This document shows positions 54,740-64,000 of a stretch of 64,000 nt of DNA, piece by piece (position 1 is the first letter of the stretch; the number at the start of each line of letters is the position of its first letter). A program made the position numbers and the translations under genes. The notes beneath the pieces were generated by a model that saw nothing but the letters and a program-made list of their open reading frames with translations, searched no databases and was not told the DNA's origin. This DNA is from Octopus sinensis (lineage: Eukaryota): contig NC_043005.1 in assembly GCF_006345805.1 (NCBI RefSeq), positions 85,684,001 to 85,748,000 of the forward strand. Direction: 5' to 3'.

Positions 54740-55347
54740 ATACATAGCAGAGTAATTAATTTTTTTATTTTATTTTAATAGAAGGAGCTTCTACAGGATT
54801 AGAGAGCTGTTTCATCCCAAAAGATTGATTCTTTTGAATGAACAGCTCTAGTCCTGTAGAAGCTCCTTCTATAAAATAAAATATATATATGTATATATAT
54901 ATGCATATATATATATACATACATATAAACATATATCTTTATATATATATATTATATTTATATATACGGCAAGAAGAAAATGGAGGGGATACAAAAATAG
55001 TATGCATCAACTGTTAGACATTATATTATGTTATGTCTATTTATTTATTTTAAACAATTATGAGAATATATATACATATGTAAAGACTGTGTATTACCTA
55101 CATAAATACCAGTAATTCCTAGAATAGAAAAAGAAGAACAGTTCCTTAGAGTCGTTTCTACTAAGAGGTCATAATATTTACTATCTCTTAGTTGGCTGGA
55201 TTCTCAACCTCTAACTCGCTTTTAATTATATATATATATATATATATAAAGTTAATCCAAACAAAAAAGCACAAAAAAATCAACAACGCGAGGACGTGAA
55301 ACAAATATAGTATTATTGGACGCTCAGGAAAGAAGGAAAGAAGGAGG

Positions 55348-55382
55348 GCTTAACGTTTCGAGCGGAGCTCTTCGTCGGAAAC
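55348..55382 (-). ncRNA. Minimal type I hammerhead (U4C core) in a dispersed repeat (55250-55460)
   Basis: GUUU CCGACGA A GAGC UCC GCUC GAAA CG UU AAGC; stem III is the palindrome AACGUU. Confidence 0.6.
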
Positions 55383-56418
55383 ATAGGAGAAGGAAAGATC
55401 CAGAGAAGGGAAGACAGAGGAAAAAAAATCGCCAACGGTACACACGAGGTCACATTTTGAAAAAATATATATATATATATATACATATGAAATATATTAC
55501 AAAGATAAATATAAAATAGTAAATCCATGAGAAAAGACAAAGCTCCAACTGAATTTCATAACTATAATTACAATCTCTTGAAACTGTTTGACCACAAAAA
55601 GTGTTCAACTTGTGATCTTACCTGTGTGGAACAGTGGCTCTCATCTTTTTTGTAGATCATTGCGCCCCCGACAGAATTGTGCTTTTCGGAAGTGGTCCTT
55701 ATGTTCTGCAAAAACGGGAAGAAAAAATTCCAAACAACAGAAGCTAATTTTGTGCAATAGTTTATTATCTGTTTTTAATTGCACTATCCTTTACTGCTTT
55801 TATTTAATTATTTTAAATATTTCTTGACCCAATGCCTCCAATTTTAAAGTTTTACAAGAGTTTCTGAAAGAGACGAGGATAACGAAATTATAATGAATCT
55901 TGGTTCGTTATCATTCATATAACTGTTCACTGATAACACAACGCCCTTTCATGACGCATGGAAAGAGAAACTGAAAAGCCACGAGACAAAATTTCAAAAT
56001 GATCTGAAAGTCATTTGAGGATGCAACTCATTTTTGCGTCAGTGTGAACAGATAAAGGTGGAGGAAATCATTTTCATGATGTTTCGCACCCTGCTACGGG
56101 TAGAAAAAGTCATTGAAAATTTTTCAGTATTTCCCGAGAGACTATGGAACATACAGCAAAGCGCACTGCATACACACCGTTACTACCATAATTTGGAAAG
56201 GAATGACTGGGCAAAAGCTTTAGAGCGTTAGACTAATGTCTTGCATAATCTGTTCTGGAGATTCAGGTTTTGATTTCAAATTCCGCCGAGAGCATCATAC
56301 CAATTCATTCATTCAGGGTCGACAAAATAAAGTTGCAGTCTAGTCCCCTCGTTTTGATAGGCATCTCCTTTTAACATTATTCTGCCTTATGCATCGATAA
56401 AAAACGATTATTACTATA

Positions 56419-56635
56419 CGACGGGATGCTGAAAAGTTCCTAGCTTTGGGTAAAAGAAAATACAGGTTGATCTGTTAATTATGATTTTATCCAGTATATA
56501 CCTCTCTCAGATTCACACACTTATTGCAGCGGTCCTTCAGCTTTTCTAGGTCCTGTAAAATAACTCGGAAGGTTGGGCCTTCAACCAGGGCTTCCACGAC
56601 ACCCTTAAAGCCAGGAACTTTTCACCATCTTTTCG
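56419..56635. mobile_element. Mariner-derived MITE
   Basis: About 29-bp imperfect TIRs (cgacgggatgctgaaaagttcctagcttt / aaagccaggaacttttcaccatcttttcg) flanked by TA. Confidence 0.8.
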
Positions 56636-56759
56636 TATATACTAATAGTTGTAAAATGATAATTTTCTCGTGACTTTCGAAATATCCTTTTGTCACTTTA
56701 ATTAATATCAGGAAACATACAGTTCTATATTTAAGAGATGAGGAATTATGGTAATTATT

Positions 56760-56880
56760 TAAATTTGACCTCATCTTATTTGTTAACGTAACATTTCGGC
56801 TGATATACTCTCCAGCATTCATCAGGTGTCTTGCGGAAATTTCGAACCTGCGTTTTCAATTCTAAGGTATTTTCCGATGT
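56760..56880 (-). mobile_element. 3' body of the same HHR-SINE family with a complete but degenerate hammerhead (56785-56830)
   Basis: Reverse complement of the 58185-58268 body, continuing CTGATGA A TGCTG..CAGCC GAAA TGTT ACGTT. Confidence 0.65.
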
Positions 56881-56898
56881 TGTTGTTGTTATTAATTA

Positions 56899-56946
<48 letters not shown>

Positions 56947-57119
56947 TTGTTATTATTATTATTATTATTGTTTGTTGTTGTTGTTTCTTCTTCTTCTTCT
57001 TCTTCTTCTCTTCTTCTTCTTCTTCTTTCTTCTCTCTTCTTCTTCTTGTTATTATTATTATTATTATATTATTATATTATTTATCATTATTATTATTATT
57101 ATTATATATTATTATTATT

Positions 57120-57862
57120 CTATGTTTGACTTTTGATTTATATTTGTACAAGCTGGCTCCAAGTCTCACCCAGAGACCTCAAGTGACAACAGGTTGGAAG
57201 TTCATGTTGTTGTTATGCCTAGTGTGCCATATATTTGTTTTTTTGTGTTGTACTAGTGAATGTCTAAAAAAAACCGAAAATCATATTTGTTTTAAACCTT
57301 GAGATTACATAGAAAGCATTTTGCGTAGGATATGAGCAGTTCCCATGAGCACTATCTTTTGAATTTCTGCCATTTTGGGGTTTCCTGGTATCTGAGTTAG
57401 GTAGCAATCAGCCCCTTTTGCTATCATTCCCAGGGCACCTACGACAGCAGGTATTGTTTTAGTCTTCAGCTTCCACATTTTGCTGATTTCTATTTCAAGA
57501 TCTTTATATTTGCTCAGTTTTTGGTAGGTCTTGACATATACGTTTATATCGATTGGGACAGTCATATCAATGAGGAGGCATGTTCTTTGTCTGAAGTCTT
57601 TCAATATGATGTCTGGCCTATTTGCATCTATCTCTCTGTCAGTTTGAATGGTGAAGTTCCAGAGGAATGAGATGTGATCATTTTCAAGCACTTGGGGTGG
57701 TTTGTGTTCCCACCAGTTTTTTTCATGGGGCAAATCCAGGTTTTTGCAGATTACCCAGTGAATATATAGTGCAGCTCTATCATGCCTGTTGAGATACTCT
57801 GTGGGCGCTAGAAGACTGTACTAGGAGACAACATGATCAATAGTTTCATTTTGTTGTTGACA
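57120..57862 (-). mobile_element. R4/Dong-clade non-LTR retrotransposon 3' end (CCHC remnant + restriction-like endonuclease + 3' UTR)
   Basis: CQQQNETIDHVVS*..EYLNRHD..HW..ENDHISFLWNFTIQTDREIDANRPDIILKD..LLIDMTVP..KYKDL..VVGALG..GTAHILRK (ORF 57305-57733) is a PD..D RLE. Both ends abut (ATT)n. Confidence 0.9.
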
Positions 57863-57919
<57 letters not shown>

Positions 57920-57963
57920 CATTATTATTATTATTATTCAGATCTCTACGCCATATACCCACA

Positions 57964-58027
57964 GGTATATGGCGTAGTGGTTAAGAAGTACTAATCCCAA
58001 GTTTCCGTGTTCGATTCCACACAGTGA

Positions 58028-58072
<45 letters not shown>

Positions 58073-58112
58073 TAAATAATAATAATAATAATAATAATAT
58101 TAATAATAATAA

Positions 58113-58160
<48 letters not shown>

Positions 58161-58268
58161 CAACAACAACAACAACAAAAACAACGACATCGAAAAATAC
58201 CTTAAGAATGAGAACCCAGGTTCGAAATTTTCCCAAGACACCTGATGAAAGCTGGAGGGTATATCACA
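57964..58268 (+). mobile_element. tRNA-headed SINE-like element with (AAT)n spacer and truncated hammerhead
   Basis: A box TGGCGTAGTGG (57970-80), B box GTTCGATTCC (58009-18), (AAT)n, then a body ending GACAC CTGATGA AAGCTGGAGGGTATATCA (truncated in stem II). Confidence 0.65.
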
Positions 58269-58741
58269 CCCCCTTACTCTCCTTGTCTCTCTGCCGTTGT
58301 CTCTGGCGGTAATTTATTCTTTCTATTCATATTAAATTACGAATTTAAACATAGCACATACACTATGTATATGTGACTGAGCTATATGTATGTATAATTC
58401 TTTTCCTTCTATTCCTTTAATTGTTTCAGTCACTTGACTGCGGCCATACTGGAGCACTGCCTTCAGTCGATCAAATCGACTCTAGGACTTATTCTTTGTA
58501 TGCCTACTAATTATTCTATCGGTCTCTTTAGCCGAACCACTAAGTTACGGGAACGCAAACACACCACTATCGGTTGTGAAGCGATGTTGGGTGGACAAAC
58601 ACAGACATCCAAACATATACACACACATACATATGTATATGTATGATGTATGTATGCATCTATCTATCTATCTAGTTAATCCAAACAAGAAAGCACAAAA
58701 AAACACAACAACGCGAGGACGTGCGACAAATAAAGTATTAT

Positions 58742-58775
<34 letters not shown>

Positions 58776-59081
58776 CCAACAGTCAACAGTTTGGTATGGA
58801 TTAATGAAAATCTGTTTGTGTTCTATTCATTTTCCAGTTTAACACAGCTGTGTATAATTATCTACTTTTGAAAAATATAATTGTTTTGGCTGTGGGCAGT
58901 TTATTTCCGAAACGATATTATATTATTAATTAATATTATTAATATTATTAATAATTACTAAATAAATAAATTCATAACAACAACGACAACAATGATGATA
59001 ATAATGATGAAGATGATCACGACAACAACATCATCATCAACATCACCAACAACTACAACTACAATAATAAAAAAAAAAAAA

Positions 59082-59113
<32 letters not shown>

Positions 59114-59470
59114 TGATGACGATGATGATGATGATGATTATAAGAGCACTCAGGGAGCGCAAACCTCCGCCAGAGCAAAACCAACGTCCTCTCGAGCATT
59201 AGCCAGAGATGATATTTAAAATGAGAATATCTGAAATAAACTCGACTGCTCTTACCAAAGAATCTGCAAAAACTATATAAGCTATCTCAGGAAATTGATA
59301 TTTTTTCCTTCTATGTAGTATACATGTACAAAAAATAGTTTCTCCTTAGACAGCAGCATGTGCGTAAAAGTGTAAACACTGCCATATTTCTATACGAAAA
59401 CTACAAACCTGTGAGTAAAATTTTAAAATTTTAAATTTCAAGTTTTAATTACTATATCTATCTATATATA

Positions 59471-59548
<78 letters not shown>

Positions 59549-59592
59549 CCTATATATCTATCTATCTCTTGCTATCCATCTATCTATCTATC

Positions 59593-59637
<45 letters not shown>

Positions 59638-59706
59638 CTCTATCTATCTATCTCTTGCTATCCATCTATCTATCTATCTATCTCCCTCTCTCTCTCTCTC
59701 TCAATG

Positions 59707-59780
<74 letters not shown>

Positions 59781-62473
59781 CTGAACGCATCATTCCCGTC
59801 CAGACAAGTTTTCAGAGACCGGATTAGCACACTAGTAAAGAGGGCTTTGACGGGAGCCATCATCAACAACAAATGGTGGTTTGCCCTCAAGAGAGCAGTA
59901 AAAGCAGAAGCGATTAGGTACAGCAAAGCACTAGCCATAGATAGAAATAGAGTAGAGGGTGAGCTAGTTAAGAAGCTAGAAGAGGCAATTAGAAGCGGCA
60001 TCGCATCCGACGTTTTGGCGGCGAGGTTGGCCCTCGACCAACACTTCAACGCCAAACACGAAGGATGTGCTGTCAGAGCTAGGATGCGTGCTCTAAGGAA
60101 CGAAGGTGTTGGAGCCGCGAGAGAGGCCCGGGTGGCAGAGGCGCAACAGGGCAACAAAGCCACCATTCGGTCACTGGTAGATGAACAGGGGCGCGAATTG
60201 CTCGAGCCAAGTAAAATGTGTGAGGCCTTTCAGCAGCATTTTGCCCGACTGTTCGGGACGAGTGGAGGGCAAGAACGTAGGGTAGACTTCAGTGCCTACC
60301 TACATAGCCTGCCACGACTCTCGACAAGAAAGGCAGGGTGCTGCGAAGGTGCCATCACGGCGGCGGAAGTGCGGGAAGCGATGCAGAATGCTCGAGGGAC
60401 AAATCACCGGGTTTGGATGGTCTACCCTACGAATTTTACTATTGTATGCCAGACTTGTTTGGAGACGTCTTGGCAGCGGTATACTGCAACTGGCAGCAAA
60501 ACGGGAGCATACCCGGTTTTGTGAGTCGAGGAGCTGTAACTCTGCTGAAGAAAGATCCAAACAAGGGAAACATTATAGATAACTTTAGGCCAATCACTCT
60601 GCTCAATGCAGACCTGAAAATTTTGACAAAGGTGTTAGCCAAGAGGTTGGCGCTTGTCATGGAGAAACTGGTCGACAACGCACAAACGTGCGCCGTGCCG
60701 GGCCGGAGCATCCATGACAACCTCCATCTGATGCGCTACATCATAGACAGGGTAGTTAACGAACCTGGCATGGGTGGGGCCCTGATCAACTTGGATCAAT
60801 CGAAAGCCTTTGATAGGGTAGACCATCGATACTTGGAGGCAGTCCTGAGAGCGGCTGGTTTCGGTCCCGTCTTCCGCGGCTGGATAGCTGCCTTGTACAG
60901 AGGCATCCGTTCGGTAATTCGCGTAAATGGACATCTATCGAGACCCTTCGACATTGCACGTTCGGTCCGTCAGGGATGCCCCCTCTCGGCGCTTCTATAC
61001 GTATTGACTCTTGAGCCACTACTGCGGAAGCTGGCGACTCTGAGGGGCATCCCGCGAGAATTAGGATGCGGGACGAGCGTGTCTGCATACGCGGACGACG
61101 TCACCGTCATAGTGTCAAGCCACGAGCACATCGAGCGGGTCGGCGAGACACTGAAAGACTACGAAGCGGTGACAGGAGCAAAAATCAACCGGGAAAAGTC
61201 AGTGGGCTTGCGGCTCGGCACCTGGAGAAGCAAACCCATGCCGTCCACCAGTACCTCCGTCGTGGGACGCTGGACAGACGGCCCGGTTGAGTTGCTCGGG
61301 GTCTGGTTCGGTCCGGACCTCCAAATGGAGAAGAACTGGAACGAGATAACGAGTAGGGTGGTCACTCTCGCCCAGCAATGGGCCGAGAGGAAACTGTCCC
61401 TAAAAGGTCGGGCGGAGGTGGTGAACGCGTACATCGCGTCCATCATCTACTACCGCCTGACCGTCGTACCTTGTCCCGACCCTACCATCACCAAACTAGA
61501 ACGCATCCTCTTCCGCTTCTTGTGGAAAGGATGCGTCCCGATGGTCAGGCGATCCATTTGCTGTCAACACCCGTTAAAAGGAGGGCTGGGCATGCCGTGG
61601 TTGATGATGCGCAGACACGCGCTGAGACTGCGACATCTCCGGCTCTATGTAGACGACGGTGAACAGGTGTGGTCGCCGTTTGTGAGGCACGCATTCCCGG
61701 AACTCGTCTCCATGACCGAACTACAGTCGTGGATCAAAAAGAGGCCGAAGAAGGGCGAATGGCACCGCGAGTGTCGCGTTGCTCTCAGGCAACTCTGCCG
61801 TCCCGGGTCGACCTTGAGTGACTTCAACACAACCAAAGCATTCTATAGGGGATTAGTGGAGGGGAGGTACGACGACGAGCTCGGGGCAAACCTGGGCGTC
61901 GACGAGGAATACCTGACCCGCCTGTTTCAAACGACTTTCGGCCCGGGACCTATGGACAACTTCCAGAGATCCCTGGCCTGGCGGTGCTACCGAGAAGCGC
62001 TACCCGTTCGGGATAAGCTCTATAGGCATGGCTCGAGAAACACGGGGCCGACCTGCCCGAGATGCGGGCAGAGCGACGAAACCGCTCTGCACGCAATCGT
62101 GCAGTGTCCAGCAATTTCCCACCTGTGGGCTTATGTCGAACGACTGCTGTCACGTGTGGGACGTGTCGGTTTATCAGCCGAGTCTATCGTTAATATCGTC
62201 ACGCCTCCTTCCTTCAAACGGGAAGGAAGAGCTATTTTCATCATACTTGTGGCTATGGCGAAAGAATGTATCTGGTGGACGCGTCTGAAAGGATTAGAGA
62301 CAAACACTTTCCTCTCTGGTCAATCTCTCATCAACTTCTTCAAGTATCACTTGAAGAAAAAAGTGAGAGTAGAGAGGCAAGTTTTGTCTAGTGAATGTTT
62401 TAAAAAAAGATGGGTGAATGTAGCAAGGATGGCACGTATGAATGACGAAGCCACCTTGACTATGATTCTATGA
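59781..62473 (+). pseudogene. Tx1 ORF2 (RT/zf-RVT) with one frameshift near 60382 joining ORFs 59655-60524 and 60338-62473
   Basis: Frame A reads ...AITAAEVREAM and frame B continues ..ECSRDKSPGLDGLPYEFY; a 1-bp loss reconciles them. The rest is open for about 700 codons. Confidence 0.88.
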
Positions 62474-62934
62474 ACCGTAAAAATTAATACAGAGAGTTGC
62501 TTATTTGCAAAAAAAAAAAAAAAAGAAATATAACATGTGACTTCATTGACCGAGGTTACCGTGGTCTTTTCCGTAGGCTTTTCTTTCCACGGGTAAACCT
62601 CACCTGTCCCCCCCTTTACACTTCATATTGACATTTCTGTGATAACGATCCCTATTGATCAATTTTTTTTCCTCTCCCCCTTTTTTTTAAACCCCCCCTT
62701 TTTTTTTTGTCCTCTTTCTCTCCTTTTACGATCCCTTTTGATCGACCCCCCCTTTTTTATTTTATTTTTATTTTATTTATTTATTTATTTATTTTTTTTT
62801 TTCTTATTTTTTATTTTTTATTTTTTTTATTTTTTATTTTTTTTTTTTTTTTTTTTTTTAAACCTTCAAAAGAAAAGCTCTACCTTGTAATTTGTTCTAT
62901 CTGTGTGCAGCCCTGTGTGGCTAATAAAGAAACA
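59781..62934 (+). mobile_element. Tx1-group (L1 clade) non-LTR retrotransposon, 5'-truncated just after the APE endonuclease domain
   Basis: ORF2 remnant with RT motifs (KSPGLDG, NFRPITLLN, DQSKAFD, QGCPLS, YADD) and a C-terminal zf-RVT-like CPRC..H..C. The start LLNASF resembles the post-APE WKLN motif. The 3' UTR is T-rich and ends AATAAAGAAACA followed by (TATC)n; the 5' junction is also in (CTAT)n. Confidence 0.93.
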
Positions 62935-63376
62935 TATCTATCTATCTATCTATCTATCTATCTGCTTGTCTATCTATCTATATATATCCATATTTATACA
63001 TAACTTCTATGTATCTACGCATACTGTTGTTTCTTCTTCTCTCGCTGGTACGTCAATAACACAATGTAACATGCTTTGTTTATATGTATTTTTTAATGTT
63101 CATATATGCATTTTTTGCCACTAAATTCAAAACTCCCATTCGTGTTGACATAACACCGACAGTTATATATTTATTCTTAATTTTCTATTTGCTCGTTATA
63201 TTTGTAACTTTTCTCTACAGCACTTTGTTGGTTCACTCTATTCTAGTATTGTAAGAATAATTACACAACATTTAGTACTTTTTCATATATTGAAAGGTAT
63301 GTAGGAAGTATAATATTAGTTAGAAGAAAAAGAAGCAATAAAACTCTGCCCTGTAAATGCCTTGATAAATCTTTTC

Positions 63377-64000
63377 TTAAGATGAGAAGTGTTTTGATGA
63401 TCGAAATTTTCTGGAGTGTATACCTTCATCTCTTCTGACTAGAGACCATATATAATCTCCCATAATAGCAGTATCCCATCATCCTTGGTATTTTCTTTCC
63501 ATAGTTGCGATGTCCTGATGAAATCTTTCACCATGCTCCTCACTGACATCACCCAAGTTGAGAGTGCAAAAAATGAACCTTTAAGGACATACGACAACCC
63601 ATTTTCTTGAGGGTTTCAACAAGCTTTGCTACCAGCTGTTTGTAATTAGGATCCTTGTGATTTCCTAGAAATCCACGAACTACATCACGAAATGCACCCT
63701 AAGCTTCTTTTTCAACATTTTGTCATTGCTCTTTCCAGTTTCTTCGACTTTAACATTGCATTTACTTGGGGCCCAACAAATATGCCACCCTTGATCTTAG
63801 CCTCAGATAGCTTTGGAAACATAAGAAAAATTTCTTGAAAAGCTTCCCCTCTAAAATCTAAGGCCTTCAAAAACTGTGTTACCAATCCGAGTTTGATATG
63901 AAGTGGAGGTACTAAGATTTTTTGGAATCTACTAGTGGCTGTTTAAGAACATTTAACATTCCTAGCTGCAGTTCCACTCGTGGGGGCCAATATGCTCTCT
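63377..64000 (-). pseudogene. Disrupted ORF of an invertebrate DNA-transposon-associated protein family (superfamily not assigned); runs off the window edge
   Basis: ILVPPLHIKLGLVTQFLKALD..KIKGGIFVGPQV..MGCRMSLKVHFLHS..VSEEHGERFHQDIATMERKYQG*W..MGDYIWSL. Contains stops, a frameshift and a deletion. Confidence 0.75.

Noticed and set aside
59774-62288. Several antisense and alternate-frame ORFs over the Tx1 element
   Set aside because: Shadow ORFs of a GC-rich coding sequence.

Overview
Non-coding, repeat-dominated animal DNA. The SINE families, microsatellite density and TE content look like an octopus (Octopus sp.) genome; this is my recognition of the repeats, not a database result. No host protein-coding gene can be supported, and almost all supplied ORFs are translated microsatellites. 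All real coding remnants are transposon-derived: a 5'-truncated Tx1/L1-clade LINE (RT + zf-RVT, 59781-62934) with a second 3' fragment (4774-5790), five R4/Dong-type RLE LINE 3' fragments, two Penelope-like (PLE) fragments, mariner and DD37D-type transposase relics, and a decayed DNA-transposon ORF at the right edge. Also present are three abundant tRNA-derived SINE families, MITEs, a non-autonomous Helitron, a degenerate tRNA-Lys(CTT) and a 100-N gap. The most interesting signals are three. (1) About ten type I hammerhead-ribozyme (HHR)-like motifs from several unrelated repeat families: one has a fully canonical core (44621-44715), several share a CCGA variant core, and one family combines a Pol III tRNA-like head, an (AAT)n spacer and an HHR. 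(2) Microsatellite-associated retrotransposons: Tx1 in (TATC)n, and Dong-like elements in (AAT)n, including the (AAT)n spacers of the HHR-bearing SINE. (3) Recurrent fold-back/inverted structures. All folds were done by eye and nothing was computed or searched.
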